From Takakia lepidozioides (Eukaryota; Plantae; Bryophyta), in contig CM060733.1 in assembly GCA_030704615.1 (NCBI GenBank), forward strand, positions 10,540,001-10,604,000: a stretch of 64,000 bases of DNA, given 5' to 3'. The position numbers and the translations under genes are program-made. Under the pieces are notes generated by a model. It was not told the origin of the DNA. It saw only the letters and a list, made by a program, of their open reading frames with translations, and did not search any database. The number at the start of each line of letters is the position of its first letter. Within the stretch, counting starts at the first letter, position 1. Below, piece by piece: positions 13,500 to 26,127 of the stretch.

Positions 13500-14130
13500 A
13501 TGCTCGACAAGCCGTGACGGATATCCCGAAGAACAACAGTGCTAAGCAAGGAAAGCATGGTCTCGAAAAGTGATTTTTCGGGAGTAAGCCCTTGTATGAA
13601 GAACAATTCCAACCTAGAGGTGAATCAAGGTTATGGGGGAGACTAGACTAAAAATTGTAAGTATTAGTCCGAGAACTTGGAGAAACTAAAAACTCCGACA
13701 AAATCATTCAAGAGAACCTTGCGAAGATCGCTGGGAGAGAGACAAAGCTATCTCTGGTAAGAAAGCTTCGTTTTTGTGGAGGCCTTGACGTGCTTCCAGT
13801 TGATATCCGCCTTGTCAAACTCTAACGGAAGAGGAGGGATCTGCTGCGGCCATTCACAGGAGTCAGCCCTTGGGCAGCTACAAATGAGGCCCCTTCTCCA
13901 AGTGTATCTGAATTGGTCGAGGAGAGTGTGTTGACGTTCTGAAGCCCTGGCGATATCTGCACTCACATTTTTCCAAGCCAGCTTAGTTGGTAAGATCAAA
14001 GAAGATTCTGGTAAGAAGTGCAGTAGCAGTAGAGTTCAATCCTTCCAGTGACCAATTCCATCTAGCTTTCCAAAGATGCCAGAGGGTTGCTCATCAGAGG
14101 GCTTCAAAGCCTCAGTTGGATGTCAAAGCG
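13500..14130 (-). mobile_element. L1-type LINE 3' fragment (ORF2 C-terminus)
   Basis: Minus-strand translation ATLWHLWKARWNWSLEG resembles the W-x-IWK-x-RN motif at the C-terminus of plant L1 ORF2. Confidence 0.5.
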
Positions 14131-14613
14131 GGCAGGCTGGTTGACAAATCTTTTTTTATTTTATTTTCTTGAAAAGGTCCAAATTAAGACCCTAATCAGA
14201 TTAGAGACAAACCTTGGGTGTGCTGTGAGACCAACATCTTTTGCACTATGCTAGGGGGTTGCTATCGTGTGAGCACAGCGTGAGCATGCTCATGGTGTGA
14301 GCACAACCCACGGTCATGGGTTTTATGTTTTTTAACCTCAGTCATAGGAGCTATATGTTTTCAAGATAAAAAAATAAACCATAAGCGAGTATACATGAGT
14401 GACTGGTGCGTTTATAGCACTGCACCAAATTAATAAACTACTTAGCTTATCTGTACATTGAATACACTCCAAATAATCACTTGCAAACCATAAAATATTA
14501 AAAACTTAAGTATCATTTTAATATTAAACTATTTTTTGATCAACGAAAATCAAACAATGCTATATATAAACTCTAATTCAACAAAGTAGTATAGCCAGCA
14601 ACCCTAAGGGCAT

Positions 14614-14970
14614 CCTTCCATGTGGTCAAACCCGACCAAAAGATGCGGGTTTTGAATGTCCGCCGGTCACTTCTATGTGCAATACCCAAACCCAAACCCT
14701 ATCTTGGGTCTAATCTCCCAACTCTCCGTGAAAAGCTGGAAGTTGGGAGATCGGTCCCGATCTTTGACTTTCACTGGCTATAGCAGGTTGGTTTTTGCGA
14801 TCACCTGCCGAACAGGTCTCTTTCTTGTGTATGAGACCAGCATCACAACCAACTCGTCTTGGGAGATCGGGAGGCTACATGGACGGACCCGTCGCCAAGT
14901 CAACGGTCGAGCCCTCGGTCAACCCATTCCAACGATGATGTCATTGGAAAGGGTCAGGTCTACATGGAAA
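14614..14970 (+). repeat. MITE-like dispersed repeat, copy 1 (copy 2 at ~24564-24935)
   Basis: About 360 bp shared with 24564-24935. The ends ccttccatgtggtcaaacccgacc / gggtcaggtctacatggaa are imperfect inverted repeats. Confidence 0.7.
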
Positions 14971-16249
14971 GAGGCTCTAAACCTATAGCAGCGGCGGTGG
15001 CAGCTGCAGGTTTTGCCCTTAGCCCTTAGTGATATAGATTGAATCCAAACTTTTTACACAAAAATCCCAATACCCAACAATCCCACATCCAAAATTAGGC
15101 TTTCAATGCCCAATATTTGGGTAGTCTTACCATAGTCTTACCATAATATACGTGTTTTGATATTCATATTGAGTGCCATCTTCTTTGAACCTCTATGCTG
15201 GTTTTAGTATCTTTTTTGGATGTTTACTATTTAGAGTTTTGCTTCTATTTGAGTATTAATTTTTTTGGTAGATGTTTTGATTTTACAGTTTTGGTAGAAT
15301 TTCAATAGTATCATGAGAGAATAGGGTTTAGGATATATGTTCTGATATATCCTATGGCATAATTCAATGGATATCTCTCTGGGTATCTGGAGCATAATCC
15401 CTATATTTTTTCAGTTTTTCCCTGAAAAAGTATGTCTCGAAATGTAAAAGTAGTTTTAGGGGTCAGAGTTTCGCCTTGTGAAATTAGCCATGGGTGAGGA
15501 CCTAAAATGTGACTAGAAGTCTTACCGCCCACTCTCGTGCCTATTATGAAAAGGGTTTGGTGTCCCGTAAGCAGATGTGAGGAAATTCCATGCCTATAGA
15601 GTAACATGTTTATGAGGCATAGGGGTTACAACTTGTTCTCTTTGTGTTGTAACTAGTGCTCATGTGAACCGCTGGACATAGTTTCGTAGGTTTATGAGTT
15701 TCACAAATTATTGTTTTGCTGTAAATATTCTCCGGGTACCGGGGGGAATTCGTAGAATATGCCCTCGTGCTCGCGTGCTACCCAACCTCCACTCAATGGA
15801 ACAATCGAAGTAGGTTATATAAAGCCTACAAAGCCTCCGTTTAAGCCACCAAAGGCTTGAAGTGGCTTGGCACCAACCCGAGATAAGACAGGGACATTCT
15901 ATTTATGTAAAGACCTGTGAACCCTTGATGAAAGCTTATCGAATGGACAAGAATGTGTTCCACATTCTTAAAAGTGGGTGGAACATATGCTTCCATGCCC
16001 CAGTGACCCTAATAAGTCTAACTGATCATGGTACATTTGTATGTATAATTTTTTCTTAGAAAAAATGCTATGATACATTTGTCCCAATGTATTTATATAT
16101 ACTACCGCCAAACAAAGCCTCTCATTTTTTAATAATTGGGACTTGAATGCACCTATGGGCCCGGCCAGTACCGCCCATCGGGTGAGCTCATGAACCCTTC
16201 TCCCTCACTGGGTCTAGATTCTGAATTTTTTCTAAGTCCTAGTTCTTTA

Positions 16250-16490
16250 ACGGTGGCGGACCTTCTAGCGGACTAGCCAAACCCTCAACAGACTAACTCC
16301 AACTGGCGAGCGGATTGACCAGCGGATTGGCGAGCGGACTGGCAATTGGCGAGTGGACTGACCAGCAGACTAGCGAGCGGCGAGCGGTCTGACTCGGTCC
16401 GGCGGATTGGCGAGCGGACTCACCAGCAGACTGGCGATTGACGAGCGGACTAACCAACAATGGACTCCAACTGGCGAGCGCCTAACTCCA
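16250..16490 (+). repeat. Short tandem repeat (ggcgagcggactgaccagcagact-like units)
   Basis: GCGAGCGGA(C/T)T occurs many times in a row. Confidence 0.7.
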
Positions 16491-16977
16491 ACCTTCCCTC
16501 CTCAAACAAAATATATATTTATAATTAACACACATTGCCGCCAGAATGTCACCTACCAGGATTTGAACAATAGACCTCACGTTTATCACCAGCGTAGCTA
16601 CGGCGTGAGCCCAGCCCCGTGAGCCTGGGAGCTGAGCTCACGCTTCAGGGAAGCGTGAGCGGCACAAATCTGCTGGAGAAGCAGGTCCTATAGGCGAGGA
16701 TTGCAGGATGAGGGTCTATTACCGTGGACAAAACAAAGGGGGCCACCATGCACCATGTCTGCAATGCCTGCACAAAAAGAGGAATATGAAAATATGGCAG
16801 ATTTGAGCTCAGAATGATTGACACACTTTATTTCAATTCACAGATAGACGCTTACAATGAATGGCATGTGCATTTGCCCTGGTTCCGCGAACGAAATGTA
16901 TGTGTTTGTCCTAAATGCAAAGTCTTTACACGGTAACCTGGAAACCATCATGGGAAGTGGGTATGGCTCGTATGTAT

Positions 16978-18400
16978 TCAAAGAGAATTTGGCGGAGCCC
17001 TACGTGAGGTGTCCCGTTGCAGAAGGGTGATTACTTCTCCGTAGCCTAGTGTGGCTTGGTGAATGAATTGGTCTCTCTTACCGTCGCAGCACATAATTAC
17101 AAGGTATATGTAATATTGATGCTTGCAGGGAACCCACTTCCCTCTCATGCCGAGAGCGCCCTCACGCATCGTTACAAAATCCGGACAAGTGCACGTAGGG
17201 AAATTCCTCACGATAACCTGATATTCTTTGCCATGAAGAACTGAGCCAATAGACAGCACTGTGTAAATCCGTCCATACCCCGGGGCAGGGACTTCGGTGA
17301 TACAAGACACCCAAACCTGCAAAATTCTAGCCGATTCCATCTTGCATTCGTGATCTGCACCCGAAGCGACACGACGCACTGTTTTTCCATCTTTTTTTGT
17401 TGGGTGGGAGTTGGCACCGGGTGGAGGCATTGCCGGAACATGTGGCACATCTAAGCTGACAGTGCATGAGGGCACCACCCGGGACCGTGCAAGACAGAAC
17501 CCTCCCTCCTCCAGCATGCTTATCTCGGTTGATGACAGCGACGTCCCAAGTTTCACAGGCCAAATTGCGGGGGGAGGGGGCTTCATTATCACCGAAGGAC
17601 GAATTGTTCCCTTGACGCATCGTGCCATATCGTTTGGGCAGAACCAGAACTTGTGGTCCTTTGACTCCCCACTATGATAAGGTCGGAACAACCCTGTGAA
17701 TGTTGGAGCTGGAGTCCCTCTGGAGTCTTTGCATATTTTTGATTTGCATTTCTTGAAAGAGGGGGTCCGAATTGCCATGCAAGCCACTCTAGATCCTGGT
17801 GGGGTGCGTTCTATATGCCACTCACTATCAATGCAATCAGATTCATGCACCATGGCCACCACCTCCTCCAATGGGATTCTTGTTGTTGTGCTTGCATGAT
17901 CTGCACCTGCTCCACTGGAGGAGGACCCACCTGGGAAGGGGCGGGCACACGACTTAGTCTGCACTGGAGTACCCTTGGTACAGAGAAATTGACCCTGTCC
18001 GGCCGATGGGAATCTCCATCCGACCCTGGAGGAGTGTTCAATTTGCTTTTACATGATCCAAATCTTTCCTCGCCTTCCAAATGGGGGAGCCTGGATTGCA
18101 AAGGGGAGCCTTCAGTGCACCTGTTCAAAGCTCTGGCCATCTTTGATGGGTCTCCGGACCTACTCGCAACCCTTAGCATCAACAAAATTGTATCAGGGCC
18201 CTTGCCTCTGCTCCGTCCCATCAGAAAATTGCGGTACCTGGTTTGTTGTGTAAGTGCCTACACCATGTCATCAGTAGTGGCCACATACAAGTCACGTCCT
18301 GCTTTGGTAGACTTCTGCATCCAGACGTTGTGAACAGACTCCGCCAAATTACAGGATGACATGTCGGCCAAGTCCTCCAAGGACATGTCATGCAGGCGGC
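16978..18400 (-). pseudogene. MULE transposase 3' part with SWIM zinc finger (N-terminal part deleted)
   Basis: SCNLAESVHNVW (region of the catalytic E) and SWIM motif FPTCTCPDF..WVPCKHQYY; stop at 18258 and a frameshift near 17965. Homologous to 39732-41105. Confidence 0.85.
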
Positions 18401-18460
18401 AATGCATGGAAATGTGAAGAACGAAAGGAAATGGAAGAGGTTCTGCAAGTGACAATCCAA

Positions 18461-19860
18461 CGTCAATGCACACTGTTTGAGTCCACCTTATCATTGTTTT
18501 TTCCATGTGAAAATCGGCCACATAGGGCCAGTCTTGCAGGTTGAATGCACACTTACTTGGCAGCTCAAATAGTGTGCGTCAATGCACACTGTTTGAGCCC
18601 ACCTTGTCATTGTTTTTTTCATGTGAAAATCGGCCACATAGGGCCAGTCTTGCAGGTTCAATGCACACTTACATCCAGTTCAATGCACACCCCGAATTGG
18701 AAGCTCAAACACTGTACGTCAACGCACACTGTTTGAGCCCCCCTTGTGCCTTGTTTTTTTGGTGTGGAAATGGTGCACACAGGGGCCTCTCTGTCTGGTT
18801 CAATCCACGAAGCTCAAACAGTGTGCGCCAACGCACACTGTTTGAGCCCCCATTCTCATTGTTTTTCTCATAATAAAATCGTCCACACAGGGTAACTCTG
18901 TGAGGTTCAATCCACACTAACCTGGCAGCTCAAACAGTGTGCGTCAACGCACACTGTTTGAGCCCCCTTGTAATTGTTTCTTGAATGTGAAAATCGTGCA
19001 CACAGTCGCTTCTCTCTAAGGTTCATTCCACCCCTTTTTGGAAGCTCAAACAGTGTGTGGCATTGCACACTGTTTGAGCCCACACTTGACATTATTTTTT
19101 CATTTTAGAATCAACCACAAAGGTCATCTCTGTCAAGTTCAATTCACACTTACCTGGCAGCCCAAACAGTGTGTGTCAACGCACACTGTTTGAGCCCCCT
19201 GATTTGCTTGTTTTTTGACATGAAAAATGTGCACCTAGGGCCAATCTGGCAAGTTGAATCCACCCCGAAATGGAAGCTCAAATAGTGTGCGGCAACGCAC
19301 ACTGTTTGAGTCCCCTTCACTGACTTTTCTTTTATTTCAAAATCGGCCACTCATGGCCACTATGCCATGTTAAAATCACCCCTTATTGCAAGCTCAAACA
19401 GTGTGCGGCAACGCACACTATTTGAGCCCCCTTGTCTGCTTATTTTTTGTTGTGAAAATCGGGCACCTAGGGGCACTCTGGCAGGTTGAAACGAACCCTT
19501 ATTGGAAGCTCAAACAGTGTGCGGCAATGCACACTGTTTGAGCCCCCTCTCTGCTTGTTTTTCTATGTGAAATTGGGCCAAACAGGGCGAGTATGCATGC
19601 TCAAAACACCCATAGTTGGTAGCACGAAGAGTGTGCGGCAACGCACACTATTTGTGCCCCCTTTTTGGCCCCCTCTCTACCTATTTTTTTTGTGGAAATG
19701 TGCCACATAGGGCCAAATATCATGTTCAAAACACCACTATTTGGAAGCTGAAACATTGTGCGGCAACGCACAGTATTTTCGGCCCCCACACTACTTGTTT
19801 TCTGATGAGAAATTGGGCCAAATAGGGCCTGTCTGCCATGCTCAAAACACCATTGTTTCT
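18461..19860 (+). repeat. Tandem array of ~12 units (116-bp period), each with a 36-bp palindrome
   Basis: GCTCAAACAGTGTGCG-tcaa/gcaa-CGCACACTGTTTGAGC near 18562, 18702, 18811, 18927, 19043, 19159, 19275, 19391, 19507, 19621 and 19746, plus a half unit at 18461. Confidence 0.95.
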
Positions 19861-19905
19861 GCCTCTCTCTTACATCAATTCGAATGAACAACTCTGCAGG
19901 AGAAG

Positions 19906-22900
19906 ATGCAAAGTGTGGCGGATGAGATCCCTTCGGGGCAGGGGAAGGAGATCATTGTTGATGTGGACGATGAGTTCTATGAAAGCAAAGCTGCTGAGAT
20001 GTTGGGGGGTCAGAAGGTAAACTCTCAGCTTGTGGTGCAAAGTATGCTTGCCCCGGGTGGGAGGTTGAAGATTCCCATGTGTAGGTTGGTTTCCATGCCC
20101 GTCGTTCGTCCACCCCTCATCAAGGACATCCTGAAGGTGGAGGCCGAGTTTGTTCATGGGTATTTGGATAGATCCGCAGTCTTTTACGTTTCTACAAAGG
20201 ATTCCAGAGGCAATGAGCTCCTTGTGGATGAGTCAATCGTGGACATTTGGAGAGAGGTGAATGAATCCTTCGAACTTCTTCTCTCCAGGAAACCTTCCAC
20301 CCAGGCATTCTCAGGGAAGATGTTTCACGTTTGGGATGGCAACCACCGGTTGCTTGCATGGATGGCTGTCATTGGGAGGCTGCACTCACAGGAGGAAGAG
20401 TAACATTACTCTGTTCGATCGATGGTGTTGGATTGTGACGGGAACATGATGGGTCTTCTGACGACAATGAATGATGTGAACATGTTGGTTTCTCATTCTA
20501 CATGTTCCACTTGTGGTTCCGTGGTTCTTTGGTTCTAGTCCTCTGTTGACAGTCCTTCAATTTCATTCTGACTTTCACACATCATTCTGCAGAGGGATGG
20601 AGACATCGCATGTCAAAACGAGTCTGGTTCACACACTGTACAAGATACAAAGGATCGGGCAGATGCCCTTGACCAACTTCAAGACCATCCTTTCAGCAGA
20701 GACGTACAAGAAGTGCGAAAGCTCCAAGACATCAGAAACGTGGTACTCGTTGACCCGTGAGGCTTTCATGGAGTATATGTACGCGGTGAGATACATCTTT
20801 CATCATCTGGCCTTTCGATATTCCTGCTTCTACAGGTTTGTTTCTGTTTGTTTCCCTTGCCCTTGGGTTGATGTAACTCTCATGCATTCCCTTGCAGCAA
20901 GACATTGCAGATGTAGGAGAGCGTGGCAAACTGGAATACTACAGCTCTACCCCTGAGGAGAGAAGGACAGCAAAGGGTGTTGAGAGTCACATCCAGAAAG
21001 AGATGACCGCCACAAGAAGGACTATTATGAGTGCTTTTGTGAAACAACTGAGAATTGCAGACCCAACCTTCGGATCAGAGTTCCTTCAAGAGGTGAAAAA
21101 CCATTACAACAAGCCAGGCAAGCCGGAGATGGCCCAGGAGAAGTTACACAGGTTGTCTACTGCCGTTGTGTCTTCAGAACAGAAGGTGAAGTGGCTACAG
21201 ATATGGAACTCCGATCCCACTGTTAGGGATACCCACATGTTTCCCAGGCCGGAGAAAGAGAAGAAGACCCAGCGTGTCATTCCTGTCAGTGACAATGTGC
21301 TGGACACATGGCTTCACAAGGCCACTTACTGGAGCCAGGTATTATGTCATTTGTTGTGTCACTTTCTTTTCGCTTTTTCTGTCATTCTTTTTCCATGTTA
21401 CATTGGTTGTGATTGTTTTTGTGTTCATTCTTGCTTCTGTATTGGTCTGCAGTTGGAGGAAAGGGCCCGGTCAGTTCTACATACGCAGCTGGCTGACTAT
21501 GGGATCACCATGACAGAACCGAAGGTCTCCTTCCAAGCATACATGAGGAAATGGAGAGCCACAGTGTGGCAATCTTGTTTCTTCAGAGAGTTCAACAAGA
21601 ATGCTGGCATCAGTCGAACAAATGAGCTTGACCAGCAAGAGAAAGGAGATGAAGCCTGGAAACGATGCCTTTACAGGTGCGAAATGGACTGTGCTTCTTT
21701 GTTTTGCATAGACACAATCTTCCTAATCCAACCTGTTTTTGGCTGGCTCATATGAGTTTGTGGTGGAGTGTAATGTGACGCATACTCTTTTAGGGGGTCT
21801 TTGTGATGGGGTGGAAAAGCTGGGAGACAATATTTGCATTGCATAATGAGGTTGTCTCTGTTCCTGCAGGTATATAAAGTATGTTCTCATGGCAGAAAAC
21901 TGCTTGGACAAACATCCTGATTTCGTGGACCTTTGGCTTGTCCCTGCTGGCAACCAGACCATGTTTACTACGGGGATCTTGCATGACTGGGGCCCAAACC
22001 ATCTTTCTGCTTGTGGTTGGTATTTGGATTGCCCTACTTCAGAGACCCCAGCTCAGGAGGTGTCTTTGAGGAGAGAGAATGAGCGTATAGCAGCTATCAC
22101 CGCAGCAGTCGACCTCGACATTCATGAGAGAAATTTGAGGACTCTTGCAGAGAAGGAGCCTCCCGCTCAGGATACACCGGGTGAAGGTAGAAAGACAAAG
22201 GGAAAGGATGTTGCTGGTGGTGTGGGGAAAGGAATGGGTAGGGGAAAGGGGGCACAAGGGCAGGTAGATGGGCAGGGAAGTGTTGCAGATACTGGCCCTC
22301 TGGTGGTTGTCCAGCAGACTCCACCGCATGGTAGGGGATCCGGGAGAAAGAACAAGGGGGTGGTTGATCCCAAGGACCCATACCATGCAGTGGAGCATCC
22401 CACGAGGGTCATTCGCCCTACCAGGTTGGAGATGGCCAACGTCGGGTTCCTTGCCATGATGGAGTCCAAGAAATCTGATTACAAGGGCGAACCATCACCA
22501 GTGTGGGAGAGGATTGTGGAGTTCCTCGGCACGGTGCATGTTGTCTTTTGCTTCTTGTCTGTTGTGTGCATTTGTTTGAAGCTGTTTGTCTCGTCCGAGT
22601 GCATCCACCTACGACTCCAGCCGTCATTAGGGAGTTCGCCATCACTCATGGGGGCAAGTTCATAGATGAGAGGACAGATCCTCCCACGGATGACATGCAC
22701 CACAACTACGTGGACAACAACGTGTGCTTGCGAAGGGGGAATGGGGTTCCTTGGAGAGGGGCCAGGGAGAGCAGCCCGGCTTTCATTCAGACGATTGTGG
22801 AGTGATGCATCTACACAGACGCCAGAGTTCTGGATTTGTCAATGGGCACAGGTTCGTCTCTTCAACATTCACATTTCGTGAGGTTTGTTTGACCTTGCAC

Positions 22901-23545
22901 TTTCAGCTCTTCCCACCGTTCCAAATGTGTCTTCAATGTCTGTTTCCTTCATTGTATTCCACTGCAGGTGCCTCGTACCACGCTTGCAAGGCCAGTGCGC
23001 GACATCTCTTTGGGATTGAAGGGGATGCTGAGATTTACAAGAACCTCCTGATGGGTTTGGGTGGACACACTTCTCAAGTCCTTCCAAAGCCCCTACTCGC
23101 TGATATTGATATAAGGGAGACTTCCGACAAGGAGCTGGATGACGACTTTGCCTGTGAGTAAGTTCAACCTGTGGATGCTTGCATTGTTGTTTCAATACCC
23201 AGAATCATTGTTCTTAAGGCAAAGTGCACATGAGAGATATCCTCTTCGTTGGAGTTGTGCATTGTATCACTGTGTTCAAAATTGGTTTTTGTCCACTTGT
23301 GCAGGAGTCCGCGTGCTTCCACTGACCCTCCAGGGCTATCACACCTTTTTGGACTTCTTTCAAGTCTTCCTCAGTCTTACGTCCTACCTGTCTATGCGGA
23401 GGCACTCGCAGCAAGCATGTCCATTCATGGCACTCGCAGTCCAACCATCGACGGCCGTGGTAGAGGACGTGGTGTTGGGGCCGGAATCTTTGTGGATGAC
23501 ATAGCACAAGAGGTCAATACTGATTCTGATAACTGTAACACTTGA
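19906..23545 (+). pseudogene. Spliced ParB-like + beta-class amino-DNA-methyltransferase gene, copy 1 (premature stops; catalytic exon deleted)
   Basis: ParB-like FHVWDGNHRLLAW. C-terminal ESSPAFIQTIVE*CIYTDARVLDLSMGT|GASYHACKASARHLFGIEGD. GT-AG introns are shared with copy 2. A ~520-bp deletion near 22560 relative to copy 2. Confidence 0.8.
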
Positions 23546-24935
23546 TATGAAGTTTTCTTTTGCTTTCATTCGGGGCCAATTTTGAAATGGGATGGTTGTG
23601 TGTCCTTGTTGTCATATTTGCAATGTGTGTGTGGGATGCAAATTCATGGGAACAAACTATCGTTGGAGATGGGGGTTGCATGGACTGCCCTGATTGTTCC
23701 TTCAATCTATTTAGTGTTTTGCGGAGCTCACAGGCTTGTGTGCATTGCAAAAACAAACAAACGTCTTTGGTTCGGGTAGAGCATTCTTGCATCATTTGCT
23801 CGTTGGTCTCCGAACCATTCCTGCTAGAAGAATGCTTGGTAAATCCATCATGATAAAGTCCACGTGATCAAAGAGCGTTCAGGCATCCTCAATTCTGGTG
23901 AGCATCCATGATGCTCCCGCACATACCTGGCATGTTCGCAAGGGTGGTGAGTACGAAAAGATTTCGCAGAGATCCGCTTTGGATGATGTGAGTGTGCACC
24001 TGTTCACGACGTAGGCACATTCCAATGCATGGGCTTGGTATGTTGATAACATCTAAATGGATGCAATGGATAGAAAGGATGGATACAATGGATGTAACAC
24101 ATCCAGTCTGCATTCCCTGGAAATGGCTGATCAACCCGGGGTAATAGGTGACACCCGCGGCAATAGGCCCTGTATGCATGCTGACGTGGCGTGAGCCTGT
24201 GCTGGGGTCACGGTTTCCTGGGCTCACAGAATAGCACCCCCCGTTTATCACAATTTACTCTTTACCATCACACTAGCTACTGCTTTCTGCAAACCCTTGA
24301 AATAATTAATTATTTGTCTACATATTTTAGGTGTTTTGTGGGCCCAACAGACTCGCTCCCCCTCTCGCTTCCCCTGCGCACGCCCTGGGGCGGCTCACCC
24401 GAGCAGACTGACCTTGCTGGGACCCTGGCCACCTGCGGGGCCCCGCCACAACCACACGTGACCGCATTCAAGTCCCAATTATCAAACAATGAGAAGCCCA
24501 AACAAAACCCTCTTTTTATAATATCCATTTTTCCTAGGGCAACATGATGCAGGTTTCGGGCAACCTTCCATGTGGTCAAACCCGACCAAAAGATAATGTC
24601 ATGATCGGGTTTTGAACGTTCGCCGGTCACTTCTATGTGCAAAACCCGGACCCAAACCCTATCTCGGGTTCGATCTCCCAACTCTCCGTGAAAAGCTGAA
24701 AGTTGGGAGATCACGTCCCGATCTTTGACTTTCAACCTGCCGAGTAGGTCTCTCTCTTGTGTGTGAAGCATGCATAGATCTGTGTGAAGCACACATGGAA
24801 GAAGGAGACCGGCAACACAAACGGCTCATCTTGGGAGATGGGGTGATTACATGGAAGGACCCGTCGTCAAGTCAACGATCGGGCCATTGGTCAAACCCAT
24901 TCCAACCATGATTATTGGAAAGGGTCGGGTCTACA

Positions 24936-25525
24936 TGTCACGGCATTGAAGTTGTTCTGAAATATAAGCATTCAATAGATAGCCCAATAGTTAGGGCACT
25001 TGGTGCTTCAGAATTGGTGGTAGGTTCAAAGTTGGACGTCACCCATAAGTACCAACCTCACTATAAGGGGGTCGTTGGGGCAACTAGCCGGAGAGGTTTG
25101 GGCAACTGTAATTAGTCTATTTATGGCCAAATAAGGTCCTAACTAAATTCTGGCAAGGGCTATTCCTGAAGGTCAAAAAAAGGGAGAGATTGGAGCAGCT
25201 AATGGGGAAGGAGGGCACCTATGTTGAAATAGGTGAAATGTGAGGCCATGTGTAGAGGTTAGCATAGACGTAGGCTGGTGGACCCTCCTTGTAGTTCTAG
25301 AGCTGAGGATGAGGGGATGGCCCCTTCTAGAAGGCTCCACCACACCTTGAGAGAGTCTATAAAGAGGCTAAGGGCTATAATTTTACAGGAATTCTTCTGC
25401 CTCTACCTCACTTTGGTGGCTCTGCAAGCAGGCCTCCTAAAAACAGTTTAAGTTCGAACCTAGGTCCTAAACCATCTTCGAATGAATACAAATGTCATAA
25501 GCCCCCCAAATGTAAGGTGTCCACA
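24936..25525 (+). mobile_element. Putative solo LTR inserted in the end of MITE-like copy 2
   Basis: Begins TGTCAC and ends CCACA, has a TATA-like TATAAA at ~25358, and is flanked by CTACA/CTCCA (4/5 TSD match). A MITE-end-like atggaagg resumes after it. Confidence 0.5.
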
Positions 25526-26127
25526 CTCCAAATGGAAGGCAATAGTTCTTTGGGCTGAAATGACATCATAATTATGCTTCTCCGCTTACGCTAGCTTCTA
25601 GCTTCGGTCACTTAGCGTTATTTGCTTCTCCGCTCTAAAAATGCAAATGCAATTCTTGGCAAGGTCTTTGCATACATGAAAAACGCCGCCTCCGCAATCA
25701 GGGCGAGCATTTTGGAGTAAAGCCTAAGGAGAAAATGACCTATGTTGCGATAAGTTCCACGCCTCAATATTTTTATCTTTTCAATGTGTTGTGGATATAC
25801 AGACGGATCATTTGGCAAGGCCGGAGGTCCGATTGGAGCACAATTCTCATTTAATTCTCATTCTCATTAAAGGGCACCGGAAGGGCATAACCCAGATGCT
25901 TGGATAGATTCTCAGCTCACCATGGCATGCATGAGTGTATGTTCATGGGCAGGGATATATGGGCATGCATGCATGCCTTTGGGGGTGTCGTCCCCTACTG
26001 GGAGGTGGGTGTCCAACAAGGCACAAGGCAAACAAGGGCCCTCGCACCAAGCTGCAGCGCCACTCTCGCACCCTCGCTCTCTTCTGCCTCTGGATTGCTC
26101 TCTAGCTCTCCAACAACAGACGGAACG

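Larger units (their letters stand above)
16590..24242. mobile_element. Mutator-like element (MULE) with degenerate TIRs, internally deleted, carrying a ParB-methyltransferase accessory gene
   Basis: Perfect 9-bp TSD GTTTATCAC at 16581-16589 and 24243-24251. The right end (GGGGGGTGCTATT on the minus strand) is confirmed by the second copy starting at 47106. GTGAGC motifs cluster at both ends. Confidence 0.88.

Noticed and set aside
18461-19860. CRISPR array (regularly spaced ~36-bp palindromic repeats)
   Set aside because: The spacers are ~80 bp and homologous to one another, there are no cas genes, and the context is a eukaryotic transposon.
19906-23545. Bacterial or phage contamination as the source of the ParB-methylase
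   Set aside because: The gene has GT-AG introns shared by both copies and lies inside a TSD-bounded MULE among plant genes.
14614-24935. LTR pair flanking the MULE
   Set aside because: The two ~360-bp direct copies have their own inverted ends, with no TG..CA, PBS or PPT; they are better read as independent MITE-like copies.
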